From contig OY970343.1 of the NCBI GenBank assembly GCA_963717525.1, positions 1,696,001 through 1,760,000 on the forward strand: a stretch of DNA of 64,000 bases. The letters are read 5' to 3'. Both the position numbers and the translations under genes were made by a program. Positions within the stretch are counted from its first letter, which is position 1. Each line of letters begins with the position of its first letter. Under the pieces are notes generated by a model. The model was given only the letters and a program-made list of their open reading frames with translations. It made no database searches and had not been told where the DNA came from. Positions 40,523 through 51,655 of this stretch are shown one piece after another. This DNA is from an uncultured Methanoregulaceae archaeon (GTDB lineage Archaea > Halobacteriota > Methanomicrobia > Methanomicrobiales > Methanospirillaceae).

Positions 40523-40768
40523 AATCCGCACTATGATAACTCCAGCGATAAACTTACTCATCAGGTGAAAATGTTATGACATTTGGCAAACGATCTGCGC
40601 CCGATCACCTTCAGCACCACCCGCTGCGTGAGCGGTTGATCCACGGCAGGTGCACCAGGACCACATCTCCGGTCACCTGCCAGTTTTTTTACAGGAGGAT
40701 TTTCGGGAACCCCGGACTGCCGGCACCGTGACAGAACCGGCACGATGCCATTTTACACCACACTCCAA

Positions 40769-41593
40769 TCACTGCGGTTTCTGCTCGGTCTCCGGTTGCA
40801 TCTTCTGTTCCTGTGCAAGCGTTTTTGCAAGTGCAATGGTGCCTGTCGTATCCCCAAGCGTCATTGTCTGGAGAGCGGTTGACGGGACAATAACAATGGT
40901 GGCATGGCCTCCCTTCAACCCGTCGTACAGCATGTTCATCGCCCGAAGGTGAAGGGCGGTCGGGTTGTTCTCGTAACTCTTCGCTGCAAGTTCAAACTTC
41001 TCGGCGATCTGCCGTTCGGAATCCCCGAGAATGACCCGTGCCTGCCGCTCTCGTTCGGCCTGCGCCTGCATGGACATGGCGTCCTGGAGGGCACCGGGGA
41101 TGACCACGTCGCGGATCTCAACGGAAAGTACCTTGATGCCCCACCCGCTTACGCGGTTCCCGATCAACCGCTGGAGTTCAGCGTCAATTATTTCCCTCCC
41201 GGTAAGCATATCGGAAAGGATCGTCTTTCCTATAACATCCCGGAGTGCGGTCTGCGATGCCAGGGAAACAGAACCCTTGTAATCCTTGACTTCAAGCGCC
41301 GCTTTCTCCACGTCGATAACCTGCCAGAACAATACCGCATCAACGTTGACCGGAACGGTATCTTTTGTCAGGGTCTGCTCGGCATTGAACGACGTCGTGA
41401 GAACCCGGATATCGATCAGGAACGCGACCCGGTTCAGGATGGGGATAATAAAGAACAACCCTGGTCCCCTGATCCCGACGAATCTTCCCAGGTACAGTAC
41501 GACGACCCGTTCCCACTGGTTGGCAATCCGTATCGACATGGCGAGAAGTACTAAAATGACAATCAGAATTATCGCAACAAGAAACATATCCAT
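40769..41593 (-). CDS. SPFH/stomatin (slipin) family protein
   Basis: GPGLFFIIP, LTKDTVPVNVDAV, QTALRDVIG, QAQAERERQA. Confidence 0.95.
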   Translation of the reverse strand: MDMFLVAIILIVILVLLAMSIRIANQWERVVVLYLGRFVGIRGPGLFFIIPILNRVAFLIDIRVLTTSFNAEQTLTKDTVPVNVDAVLFWQVIDVEKAALEVKDYKGSVSLASQTALRDVIGKTILSDMLTGREIIDAELQRLIGNRVSGWGIKVLSVEIRDVVIPGALQDAMSMQAQAERERQARVILGDSERQIAEKFELAAKSYENNPTALHLRAMNMLYDGLKGGHATIVIVPSTALQTMTLGDTTGTIALAKTLAQEQKMQPETEQKPQ

Positions 41594-41729
41594 TTTTTAT
41601 CATCCCTGCTCTGGTTATCGGATGGTAGTCATCCCGTGAATGAAAGAGGGTACCCGCAAAAGTATATAGTTATGGTGATACTTTTCACCGGAAAACCCGT
41701 GTTTCATCTGCGGGAAGAAGGGTGAAGGC

Positions 41730-42440
41730 TCACTCTTCCTTTTTGTACACGGCCTGCCCCACGACACCGGCGAACTTGTCCAGGGACTCGTTCCACCCGG
41801 CCCGTGTCATATCGAGGCTATCGCCGGCGGGAATGCCGTCATGCCGCAGGGTAAGCCGTGTCCTGCCTGCCTGTACTTCGAAGGTCACGGTCAGGAGCAT
41901 TTCAGCAGGGAAGTCCGGGCTCATGCCGTAAGAGGTCGCCGGCACCACGTTCCCTTTTTCATCGGCAAAACTGTCCGTGCAGACAATTTTTTTCGGTCTG
42001 TCAATTTCCCGGAACACACCGGTACTCCAGTAGTCCTTTCCCTCCGGGGATCGCATGCAGTAAAGGTAGGATCCGCCCACCCTGAGATCGATCCGGCACG
42101 AGGGGGATGTGAAGTTTTTCGGTCCCCACCACCGCACAACAAACCCGGGGTCCGTCCATACCTTCCAGACGAGTTCACGCGGGGCATCGAAGAGGCGGGA
42201 GATGATGAGTTCCCCGCCGCATGCATCCGTATTGTAACCGCATCCTGCGACGGACGATTCAATCTTGTGGCTCACGGTATTCACCCGGTAGAGCCGCGGG
42301 TTGTTCAGTAAATCCAGTGCATTGATCTTCTGGTCAACGAGATCTTCGTAGGAGAAGAAATCATTGACCTCATTTCCCGCATCCGGCCAGAAAACCTGGA
42401 TACCGTTTGCGTATTTTTTACTGCTGGTAATCTGCTTCAT
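41730..42440 (-). CDS. SRPBCC/AHSA1 domain protein with an extra N-terminal domain
   Basis: SRLFDAPRELVWKVWTDP...WWGP...DLRVGG...GWNESLDK; about 70-aa N-terminal extension. Confidence 0.88.
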   Translation of the reverse strand: MKQITSSKKYANGIQVFWPDAGNEVNDFFSYEDLVDQKINALDLLNNPRLYRVNTVSHKIESSVAGCGYNTDACGGELIISRLFDAPRELVWKVWTDPGFVVRWWGPKNFTSPSCRIDLRVGGSYLYCMRSPEGKDYWSTGVFREIDRPKKIVCTDSFADEKGNVVPATSYGMSPDFPAEMLLTVTFEVQAGRTRLTLRHDGIPAGDSLDMTRAGWNESLDKFAGVVGQAVYKKEE

Positions 42441-42958
42441 GGTTTTCCTCCCTTTTCATTGCTCCGTCTGTCACAAGACTGCGGTCCGGATAGTTATCAC
42501 CAGAGATCGATCTCACTCGTGGTTCGGATTAACGGTTGGCATATGATAGGCTCTTGTGCCAAAATCAGATTTTGAAACAAAATTTGAGACACCAACGGTA
42601 AACCTTTTCGTGCCCCCGGCACACCATGCAACCGGTATGAACCGGCTGATCGTTCTCTTTTGATGGTACTAACCTGCAGGTTCAATCATCTCACACGGGC
42701 CATCTGGGGAATATATAGGTTAATGCCGGAAAACTACATGCCACAGGAGTTCTTCTCATATGAATGAACTGGTAAAGAACGAGTTCGAGATAATCTTTGG
42801 AGGTGCGGTATGGTTCGCGATGCTCCTTGCCGGTTTTTCCTTTTTGACGGTGATCGGGGGTTGTCTTTATCTCGGGTTTCTGGGAAGCAAGATGTATTAC
42901 TAGACCTGCGCTAGGAAATCTTTCTTTACCTGCATGCATGACGACGTCAACATGAACC

Positions 42959-43558
42959 TTATTTTTTCTCAAAATCGTAATATTTCCGTAAAAATTTCCT
43001 GACCTTTTCCGATTCCAGGTACCTGTCGTCAAGCTGGTCAAGGATTACTTCAATGGTTTTCACCTGGTCAGAGATGAGGACATTGGTGTTTTCATCAAGC
43101 ACCGATGCATCCAGCAAAATAGCCTGTAAGGGGTTCCTGATCTGGTCATTGAGGATCAGCAGTTGTTCCATATTGTCCTCAATCTGCTGGAAGGCCTCCT
43201 TCTTGAGATGTTCAACCTGATTTTTTCTCAGTTTCGAAATTTCCGCAAAATGCGAGATCACAACCCCAAGAGAGACAAATACAAAAAACCATGCCGTGTG
43301 AACCGCGATCATCATGGCCGAAAGTGTCCCGAACACCCATACCAAGACGAAGTAAATCCCGGCGAGGGTGATGGTGACCAGGACTGCCCGTTCAGGAAAG
43401 GCATATGCCGCAAGGATCACCGGGACTAGGAGAAAATAGGGGAATATATCGTTGATGCCATGGGTGAGGCTGAATATGGCCATCAGTATCACGACAAGCG
43501 AGGTGGCAATGATGAGGCATGTCCAGATACTGTCATCGTGGATGGAATTACGGGGCAT
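42959..43558 (-). CDS. Membrane protein with a His-kinase dimerisation-like helix but no ATPase domain
   Basis: 4 TM then QIEDNMEQLLILNDQIRNPLQAI...ESEKVRKFLRKY. Confidence 0.75.
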   Translation of the reverse strand: MPRNSIHDDSIWTCLIIATSLVVILMAIFSLTHGINDIFPYFLLVPVILAAYAFPERAVLVTITLAGIYFVLVWVFGTLSAMMIAVHTAWFFVFVSLGVVISHFAEISKLRKNQVEHLKKEAFQQIEDNMEQLLILNDQIRNPLQAILLDASVLDENTNVLISDQVKTIEVILDQLDDRYLESEKVRKFLRKYYDFEKK

Positions 43559-43972
43559 TTCACCTTTCCACCCGGTGAAGTAGCTTTAAGATTTATTATA
43601 TTTTGTGTTTGGATATAATTCGCCGGGAGGATACTGTTTTAAGCCCCCTGGTGAAGGCCGGTGTTGGTTCCCGCTGTTGGATTCTTGGGGCATTTCTCAT
43701 GCCCGATCGAAATCCTCTGACTGGACCGACCCCTTTCTTTGATATTGCGTGAGCGCCAAATGTGATCATATCCCAGACCGGATGTCCCGGTTCCCGGGTG
43801 GAAGCTAGAGATTTCTCAAACAGCCATAATGGAGATCTTGATCGTGAAGAAGACACGTGCACAGCTTATCATTCTCCTCCTTATTGCGCTGATCGTAATC
43901 CCTGTTGCAGCGGGCAGCGATAATACGACAAATTCAACGACGGTTCCGACACCGACGGAAACCAACCTTACA

Positions 43973-44994
43973 TGTAGAGTGCCACAATTAATGTCCGATT
44001 TGTTGACAGAGTTTATGTCCGCTTGATAGACATTTTCTGTTTTTATTAAAATTAATTTCGTTGTGATAGACTGATGTCGGAGTCATCCAGTTCAGGATCT
44101 CCTGCTTTCTCCAGTTGTTGTACTGGTGGTCGAAGGACCAGAGTTCCCGTTTGAAGTGGCTTAACGAATAGAATTCCTTGAGGGCAATGAGTTCCTGATA
44201 GAGAGTCTTGTGATACCGTTCAATCTTGCCACGGCCACGCGGGTTGTACGGCCGGCCGAAGATCAGTTTGATACCGTTTTTCTGTGCTTCAGCTTTGAAG
44301 ACTTTTGAGACAAACTGTTTCCCATTATCGAGATAAATTTCACGAGGGATTCGTCCGGTGCGGAGCGCCCAGCGAAGAGCGTTGACCGCTGATGCAGCAT
44401 CTTTGTGAAGATAGACCTTGCTTTTCACCCGATACCGGGAGCAGTCATCAGTAAAACCGGTGACATAGACCTTGCCGACACCCCGGATACGAAACTGGAA
44501 CGTATCACCCTGCCACATGCTGTCAACGTGACGACGTTGGAATCGTTTGCCGGCTGGCTGAGGTTTTGCTTTGACACGAATGAGAAGTCCATGCTTTTTG
44601 AGGATACGATGGACTGTCCTCCAGGAACAGGCCAGATCAAACTGGTACTTGATACGACGGGCGCCCCATGCAGGATATTTCTCTTTGAGCCGGATAATTC
44701 GTCGTTCCAGTGACGGAGATATTGCCCGAGGGGATCGTTTCGGCCCGGTCTTTTTGGGTCGCAACCCATCCACCAGGTCTTCACGATGGGCCTTGGCCCA
44801 GCGTCTCACCGTCCTTTCGGAGATGCTATACGTCTCTCCGATCTCTCGTGCGCTTCGTATTCCTTCTTCATAGAATACGACTGATTTGGTTCTGATTTCC
44901 ATGGTCGCTTTCACCCGCAAGCACCTCTTCGGTGCTCTTGAAAGCGGACATAAATACTGTCACTGTTTTAGGACAGAAACTCTGGCACTATACA
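43973..44994 (-). mobile_element. IS481-family insertion sequence (1022 bp) with 6-bp TSD CTTACA
   Basis: TGT...ACA ends; imperfect TIR tgtagagtgccacaattaatgtcc / tgtatagtgccagagtttctgtcc; TSD at 43967-43972 and 44995-45000. Confidence 0.93.
43988..44902 (-). CDS. IS481-family DDE transposase
   Basis: HTH, WGARRI, WQGD, DDCSR, DNGKQF, GKIER.HKT. Confidence 0.95.
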   Translation of the reverse strand: MEIRTKSVVFYEEGIRSAREIGETYSISERTVRRWAKAHREDLVDGLRPKKTGPKRSPRAISPSLERRIIRLKEKYPAWGARRIKYQFDLACSWRTVHRILKKHGLLIRVKAKPQPAGKRFQRRHVDSMWQGDTFQFRIRGVGKVYVTGFTDDCSRYRVKSKVYLHKDAASAVNALRWALRTGRIPREIYLDNGKQFVSKVFKAEAQKNGIKLIFGRPYNPRGRGKIERYHKTLYQELIALKEFYSLSHFKRELWSFDHQYNNWRKQEILNWMTPTSVYHNEINFNKNRKCLSSGHKLCQQIGH

Positions 44995-45582
44995 CTTACA
45001 ACGATAACCACGACATTCCCGGCAAACGTTACCATCACAGAGATCCCGACCAATGCAACGACCGAGCAGGCAGCAGCAAACGCGACGGAGGAAAATACCA
45101 CGGTAACGACTGCTGTACCCACGGGTACCCCAACGGCCCCGACGACAGGGAATATTACCGTGGCATCATCTCCGCTGGGGGCAAGCGTACTCCTTGACGG
45201 GGTCCTCTCCGGGAGCACGCCGGAGAATCTTACCGGCATTGCAGCGGGAAACCACATTATTAGGCTGACCCTGAGCGGGTACTACGATTACGAGGGGACC
45301 ATTTATGTCGTTCCCGGCCGGGACACTGACGTATTCGGGACGCTCCCTCCCTTAAGTTCTTCTTCCGGGTCAGTCATGGTAGTGGTGACCCAGGCGGCGA
45401 CTGCTACCCCTTCACCGGTTGTTACGGTGTTGCCCACGGCGACTGCCTCGGGAGGGCTGCTGGAAAATCCGACTATTGTTGCATCCGTCCTCGGGATTGT
45501 TGCAGCAAGTATCGGCGCAGTCGCAGCGATATTTCCGCACCTGTCGAAATTCAAGAAATAAAAGCGTTACCGGGACCAGAGC

Positions 45583-46794
45583 TCATTCTTTTTTGTCCCC
45601 TTCTTTCAGAACACCCGGTGCAGGAGACCCTGTTTTCGTGTTCATGGGGATGACGGCAATCGTATTGCCGCTCTCCCGGCAGTAGGTCTTAACCCGCCGG
45701 AACACATGCGGCACCATCGACGCCGGCGTGAGGAGGACCGAACACTCGCCAACGAGTGCCCGCAGGATGCCCTTGTCGATCACGCCGTACGTGAAATCGA
45801 GCACGATCGATTCGCGCTCGGCAAGGTTCTTTGCCCGGGTTCCCATTGCCCCGCACCTGGTCCCCTGGTGCCCGGCCAGCCACGCCGTGATTTCATCAAC
45901 GCCGGTTGCATCCACGTTGCAGACCGTGATGGTCCCAAGGGCCCTGTCCGGCCGTGGTATACTCATGCCCTGTTCGAGCGAACTGACCAGCTGCAGGACG
46001 GACTTAGGCGACTGCGTTTTTTCCACCATCTGCCGCGAGACGAGCTCCGTGTAGAGTTCCAGCACTGCAGGCATCCGGAGGTTCGAGGAGGTGACAAGCG
46101 CGGGGTCTGTAAAGACTTCCTCGGGAGTACCCACGTGAAGAATGGTCCCTTTGTTCATGAGGATGATCTGGTCCGCCCAGAGGTAGGCGAGCTCCACGTC
46201 ATGCGTGGAGATAATGATCGTCGTTCCCTTCGCATTCAGCTCGTCGAGCAGTTCCATAAGGTCCGCGGCACCGGCGGGGTCGAGCGAGCTGGTTGGTTCA
46301 TCAAAGACGAGGATCTCCGGCTCCATCGCAAGGGTCCCGGCGATTGCGGCCCGTTTCTTTTCACCGCCGCTCAACTGGTGGGGCGGCCGTTTCTCGTAAC
46401 CGGTAAGCCCAACCGCTGCAAGCGATCTCGCGACCGCTGACTGGATCTCCTCCTGTGTCATACCGAGATTAAGGGGGCCAAATGCAACGTCCTGGTACAC
46501 TGTTGGCGCGAAAAGCTGCATATCCGAGTTCTGGAATACCAGCCCGACCTTCTTTCGCACCTCACGCAGCGAGCGGCTGTCATACGCGAGGGGTTTACCA
46601 TCGAGAAGCACCCGCCCCTTCGAGGGCTCAAGAACCCCGTTGCACATCAGGAGCAGGGTGGTCTTCCCGGCACCATTGGGGCCGACCAGGGCGACTCTGG
46701 CTCCTTTTTTTATCGAGAAGGTGACACCGGAAAGTGACTCCCGGCAGTTCGGGTAGGCATAATGAATATCATCAAATTCGAGCAGGTTTGTCAT
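45583..46794 (-). CDS. cbiO: Cobalt ECF transporter ATPase with C-terminal extension
   Basis: GPNGAGKT, FQN, LSGGEKKR, DEPT, STHD. Confidence 0.92.
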   Translation of the reverse strand: MTNLLEFDDIHYAYPNCRESLSGVTFSIKKGARVALVGPNGAGKTTLLLMCNGVLEPSKGRVLLDGKPLAYDSRSLREVRKKVGLVFQNSDMQLFAPTVYQDVAFGPLNLGMTQEEIQSAVARSLAAVGLTGYEKRPPHQLSGGEKKRAAIAGTLAMEPEILVFDEPTSSLDPAGAADLMELLDELNAKGTTIIISTHDVELAYLWADQIILMNKGTILHVGTPEEVFTDPALVTSSNLRMPAVLELYTELVSRQMVEKTQSPKSVLQLVSSLEQGMSIPRPDRALGTITVCNVDATGVDEITAWLAGHQGTRCGAMGTRAKNLAERESIVLDFTYGVIDKGILRALVGECSVLLTPASMVPHVFRRVKTYCRESGNTIAVIPMNTKTGSPAPGVLKEGDKKE

Positions 46795-46797
46795 CGT

Positions 46798-47592
46798 TCA
46801 CCTGAAAGGCACAATCGTGCTTGTCATAATTGCAACGGTAATGCAGAGCCCCAGGTAGACTGCGATAGACGCGATTGCCACCGGTTTTGGGGGGTTCTGC
46901 TGGCCGGGCAGTTCCAGTTTGCCGTCATAGCACCGCGAGTCCATCGCGATGATCAGGTCTTCAGCCTCCTTCCATGCACGGATAAAGAGCATGGCGCCAA
47001 GCATTGCCATCGAGTTGATCGATCGTTTAAATGTGGTGTACCCATGCCGGATAGTCTGGGCATTGTGGATGGCGATTGCCTGGCCAATAAAAACGAAGAT
47101 GAAATGGTAGATCAGCATGGAAAGATCAATAAGCACCGGTGGGACGCGCAGCCCATGCATAACAGAAAAGATCTCGATCATGGGGGTTGTCAGGGCAATA
47201 AAGAAGAGCCCGCACATCCCGCCAAAGGTCCGGACCAGTACAAGGAATCCGAGGTTTGCAGAGCCGGACGTGACTGTCAACGGGACGTTAGCGATGGAAA
47301 ACGTCAGGATTGGCTCGCCGCCACCGCTCAGGAAGAGAATTACAATTACGGATAAGACTGCAAATGTCAGCGGGATCAAGAGGAGTTCTGCGTACACCCC
47401 CACCGGTATTTTTGCGAATACCAGCGTGATCGCTGAAAGGGTAAAGAGGATAAACAGGGGGGCGACCGGGCCCGGGGAGACAACACAGATCAGTATCGCC
47501 CCAATTCCAAGGATAAATTTGAGATAGCTGTTAACGTCCCGTAAGGCATTTGCCTGTGCATAGTAATCCAGGTTGTCCTCCAGAATTTTCAT
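46798..47592 (-). CDS. cbiQ: Cobalt ECF transporter T component
   Basis: LTTP, AQTIRHGY, AMDSRCYDG. Confidence 0.92.
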   Translation of the reverse strand: MKILEDNLDYYAQANALRDVNSYLKFILGIGAILICVVSPGPVAPLFILFTLSAITLVFAKIPVGVYAELLLIPLTFAVLSVIVILFLSGGGEPILTFSIANVPLTVTSGSANLGFLVLVRTFGGMCGLFFIALTTPMIEIFSVMHGLRVPPVLIDLSMLIYHFIFVFIGQAIAIHNAQTIRHGYTTFKRSINSMAMLGAMLFIRAWKEAEDLIIAMDSRCYDGKLELPGQQNPPKPVAIASIAVYLGLCITVAIMTSTIVPFR

Positions 47593-47639
47593 AAGGAATC
47601 CATATCGTGGATCAAAGATGTCAATAAATGAAAGAGAGG

Positions 47640-47966
47640 TTATGCAGCTTTCGCGCTATCCCGTTTGCCCCGGTAATAGCCAAAGAAGTACCCGATCACG
47701 AGCGCCCCGAGGCCGGACTGGATGCTGAAAAGCAGGGATTCGACCTCAGTGCTGGGGGGTGTCCAGAGAGGCTGTATCCATGGAGTATAGCCCGTGGCCT
47801 CAATTGCAGCGCTGCCCATATCATCAGAACCCTGCCAGGTCTCCTGTCCGGGTTTGGCGTTTGCCTGGATGTTGGCATTCTGGATGAGAAAGACTGCAGC
47901 AAAGACGATGACGACAACCGCAAAGATGATCTCAAGTTTGTACTTCATGAAAAATGTGAGGGTCAT
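47640..47966 (-). CDS. cbiN: Cobalt transport protein CbiN
   Basis: WQGSDD, YTPWIQPLWTPPSTEVESLLFSIQ...IGYFFG. Confidence 0.93.
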   Translation of the reverse strand: MTLTFFMKYKLEIIFAVVVIVFAAVFLIQNANIQANAKPGQETWQGSDDMGSAAIEATGYTPWIQPLWTPPSTEVESLLFSIQSGLGALVIGYFFGYYRGKRDSAKAA

Positions 47967-48662
47967 TTGAAACTCTCCATGATTTTAGTAACCTGCTCCG
48001 GTGTGAGTACTTTGAGTTTGACGAGGATATCACCCCGGCTCTGGACAATGTCACTTGAACACGAGGGCAATGAGTACGCCTTCAAGGATCGCTAAGGGGA
48101 TCTGCGTTACTGCATAGATGGCAAAGAAGGTCTCCCACGAGACCATAAAGCCGCCGTGCGTTGCCGGGAATGCTGCAGCGAGCTCGATCGACGTAATAAC
48201 ATACGTGAAGAGGTCCGCGACTGCCGTGACGAGGAACACATTGATGAATATGTTTAGGTTCACCGCTTTTCCCAGCCGGTACACGGCATACCCGAGAAGC
48301 GGCCCGGCAATCCCCATCGAGAAGACATTCGCGCCAAGCGTGGTGATCCCGCCGTGGGCCATGAAAAGTGCCTGGAATATGAGCACGATCAGGCTGAGCA
48401 CACAGGTGATGATAGGGCCGAACAAAACGGTCGAAAGCCCGGTGCCCGTGGGATGTGAGCAGCTCCCTACCACGGGAGATGGCATCTTCAGCGACGACAG
48501 GAGGAAGATGAAGGCACCCGACACTGCCAGAAGCGAAAGTGTTTCACGTTGTGCTTTAACCTGGCGATTCAGCAGATAAATCCCATAGATAATGAACGGG
48601 GCTGATACAAGGTACCAGAAGACGCACCATTGCCAGGGTAAGAATCCTTCCATAATGTGCAT
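47963..48662 (-). CDS. cbiM: Cobalt transport S component CbiM (frameshift near 48051)
   Basis: MHIMEGFLP N-terminus, SCSHPTG, AHGGITTLGAN, TQIPLAI.EG. Confidence 0.95.
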
Positions 48663-48837
48663 TGTACACAAGTGTGATTGCTTTAACTTAATAAAATTTT
48701 GTTAAATGGTCCTGGGGAAGTTCCCCGACTTACCAAGATGGCTAAAAGGAACTCTCATTACATTTTATGGAACAATAGTTGATTCCCCTGCAAACCATTA
48801 AGATACCTTTCAGATGATTATGAGATGAGGAACTGCA

Positions 48838-49236
48838 ATGGTTAAGCTCACCGATGAGATCAAGGAATCGCTTGCTGCAACAAAGATCGCATACTTTGCC
48901 ACGGCAGCAAAAGACGGCACCCCGAATGCTGTCCCGATCGGGGCATTCAAGATCCTGGACGACGAGACGATGCTCATCTCGAACCAGTACTTCAGTAAGA
49001 CGCTCGCAAACATGAAGGAGAACCCGAAAGTCGCCCTCACGTTCTGGGGAGAGAAAGGCGGCTTCCAGATCAAAGGCACGGTGACCATTCACACGAGCGG
49101 CAAGATCTTTACTGATGATGTCGCCTGGGTCAAATCGCTCAAGCCCACGCTCGTCCCGAAATCTGCAATCGTCATGAAGATCACCGGGGTATACATCATC
49201 AAGCCCGGCGCTGACGCGGGAAAGAAGATCCTCTAA
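48838..49236 (+). CDS. PNPOx-like FMN-binding protein (paralog of 9189..9593)
   Basis: ATAAKDGTPNAVP, NPKVAL, FQIKG, PGADAGKKIL. Confidence 0.9.
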   Translation: MVKLTDEIKESLAATKIAYFATAAKDGTPNAVPIGAFKILDDETMLISNQYFSKTLANMKENPKVALTFWGEKGGFQIKGTVTIHTSGKIFTDDVAWVKSLKPTLVPKSAIVMKITGVYIIKPGADAGKKIL

Positions 49237-49365
49237 GGCCTTCGGCCATCCCTTTTTACCCGGTATATTTCCCCGGACCCGGCAGTTCAACCGCAGGTTC
49301 AAGCAGGCCCGGGCCCGCCGGCTGCGTCCGCATGATTCAGGGCCGGTCTCCGGGGCGATCCCTTT

Positions 49366-50325
49366 TTAGAAATCGGGCATTTTCTTTGCAAGGTACCAGG
49401 CGTGGACGGCGAGGAGGACGTACAGGGGAAAGAGCAGGCCGTACGTGTCTCCCTGTCCCTCGTACTTATAGAGCCAGACGGTGGCAGTGACATCGATCTG
49501 GAAGATCATGATCCCCCACCATTTCCCGATGTACCCGTAGCCGAGCCCCGGCAGGAGGAAATTCATGATCGCAGCAATAAACGGGTTTTTTGCCGTCCGC
49601 GGCCGGCGGGAGATCCCCCGGGGGATGAACAGAGGATCGATCCCGCACCGGGGTGCGGCAAGGACGGCCTGCCACCGCACCTCGCTGTTGCTGTCAGCAA
49701 GTCCCTGCATGAGGGCGGGGATGGCCTTTTCGCTCCCGATCGATCCGAGGAGCTCAATGGCCTTCTGGCGCACCCCCGCATCCCGGTCTGACAGGACACC
49801 GGAGAGCGCCGGAATGGCCTCGGGGCCGATCCATTCGAGTGCCTTCCATTCCTGCATCCCGACAAAATAAAATGCCCGCTCCTCTGCAGTTTCGGGTTTC
49901 CAGCCGAGCTTTGCAAGCGCAAATGCCGAACCGTACCGCACGTACTTGTCCGGGTCCCGGAGCGCTGCAACGAGCGGCCCGATGGCCCGGGCATCGCCGA
50001 TCTCCCCGAGCGCAAACGCGGCCTGCCACCGCACCTCGCTGTGGGTATCCCTGAGTGCAGCAATAAGGGGATCAACTGAACGGGGGTCGCGGATGACCGC
50101 AAGCGCCCCGATCACCCCGAGCCGGACGTCCTTGTGCTTCTTTTTCAGGGCCCGGATGAGATCGTCCCTCGAGGCCGCCCCGAGCGTGCCTAAGGCCCGG
50201 GCAGCTTCTGTCTGGACGGAAAAGTCCGGCGACCGGAGGGCACGGATCAGCCCCGGGATATCCCGCCGCTCCTTCATAACTGGGATATCCTGGGGTTTTA
50301 CGGCAAACAGGTGGGGAAGGTTCAT
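49366..50325 (-). CDS. HEAT-repeat protein with C-terminal membrane domain
   Basis: VRWQAAFALGEIGDARA repeats; KNPFIAA..NFLLPGLGYGY.GKWWG TM domain. Confidence 0.85.
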   Translation of the reverse strand: MNLPHLFAVKPQDIPVMKERRDIPGLIRALRSPDFSVQTEAARALGTLGAASRDDLIRALKKKHKDVRLGVIGALAVIRDPRSVDPLIAALRDTHSEVRWQAAFALGEIGDARAIGPLVAALRDPDKYVRYGSAFALAKLGWKPETAEERAFYFVGMQEWKALEWIGPEAIPALSGVLSDRDAGVRQKAIELLGSIGSEKAIPALMQGLADSNSEVRWQAVLAAPRCGIDPLFIPRGISRRPRTAKNPFIAAIMNFLLPGLGYGYIGKWWGIMIFQIDVTATVWLYKYEGQGDTYGLLFPLYVLLAVHAWYLAKKMPDF

Positions 50326-50339
50326 CAGGCGTTTTCACC

Positions 50340-51301
50340 TCACAGGTCGTTCATCTTTTTTGCGACGTAGAAAGTCTGGACGGCAAAGAGGGCCGTGATC
50401 GGGTAGGCGATGAGGTACGGCAGGAACGGGCCGGCTTCGAGCTGGGCAAGCACGAGAATGCTCGTGTAACTCATGAAGACCAGAAAACCCCACCAGTAGC
50501 CAAGGTAGTTGTAGCCAAGGCCGATGAAGAGGAAGTTGAGGATAGCGGCTGCCCACGGGTTCTGCCCGGTCCGCCGTCGCTTGGAGATCCCCCATGGAAT
50601 CTGGGCAACCGGGACCCGGCATTTTTTTGCCGTAATGACGGACGCCCACCGCACCTGATCGTCAGGATCCTTTAACCCGGCCTCGCAGGCCTGCTGCGCA
50701 AGAGGATCGCCGATCACCCCGAGAAGATCGATAATGAGCGCCCGGGTCTTTGGGTCAGGGTCGGAGAGCCGTTCGATCAGCGGCGAAGTCGCCGCGGTCC
50801 CCAGCTGTTTTACCGCGTCCCAGTCCTGCAGGGCAATGGCCCGGTACGCGGCTTCGGTCTCGTTTGCGGGTGTCCATCCGAGCCGGTCGAGCGATGTTGC
50901 TGCACTGGAACGGATGTACCGTTCGCGGTCCCGGAGGGCGGAAAGGAGGGGGGGATCGCCCGGGGATCGCCAATGTTCCCCAGCGCCAATGCGGCAACCC
51001 AGCGCACCTCGATATTATGGTCGTGCTCCATCACGTCAACGAGATGGGGAACCACCCGCCAATCGCGTATGGCGCCGAGCGCCTCGACGGCCCCGATCCG
51101 GGCGGCCACGTGCCGGCTGTCCAGCTCACGTACCAGCAGGGGGATGGCCGGGGTTCCGAGCGACCCCAAGGCATCGGCTGCCTGCCACTGGATTTTAGGG
51201 TCCCGGTCGTGCAGGAGCCGGATAAGGCCGGGCAGATCCCCTGCTTCTTTCAGTGCGGCGACGTCCGCTTGCCTGATCGAGGGGAACTGCAGGAGGGGCA
51301 T
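50340..51301 (-). CDS. HEAT-repeat protein with C-terminal membrane domain (tandem paralog; frameshift near 50950)
   Basis: HEAT repeats in ORF 50810..51301; QNPWAAAILNFLFIGLGYNY.GYWWG in ORF 50340..50717. Confidence 0.8.
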
Positions 51302-51655
51302 ACAGGGCGAAAAATAATTAAAGCTTGCATGGAGGCGGGCGATATATTAATGTTGTGAAATACGTGGACAACATGAGAATCTGGTCTTTCAAAGAATGTT
51401 CTATACGACGGATTGTATCATTATATTTGTAGTTTATTAAAGATTTTTTTTTCAGAGGAAAAATAAATATACTGACGAGCGTCTTTACACTGTTATAATA
51501 AATAAATTTATAAATTCTTTGAAGTTGTTTCGAAAGACCAAGGATTGTGTGCTATGGCAGGAAAGAAGATGGTGCAAACTGATGGTGACGCAGGAAAATA
51601 CCGGGAGCCGGGCCGGGAATGTATCGGAAAAATATTCGGGCGCTGGTGAGAGAGG

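Larger units (their letters stand above)
43829..45561 (+). pseudogene. PEGA-domain surface glycoprotein gene interrupted by IS481
   Basis: Signal peptide ...ETNLT joins in frame with TITTTF... after removing the IS and one TSD; PEGA motif VASSPLGASVLLDG...TP...G.H...LSGY; C-terminal TM. Confidence 0.88.

Noticed and set aside
45583..48662. cbiMNQO as part of the hgcAB system
   Set aside because: It lies over 12 kb away with unrelated genes in between; cobalt uptake is generic in methanogens
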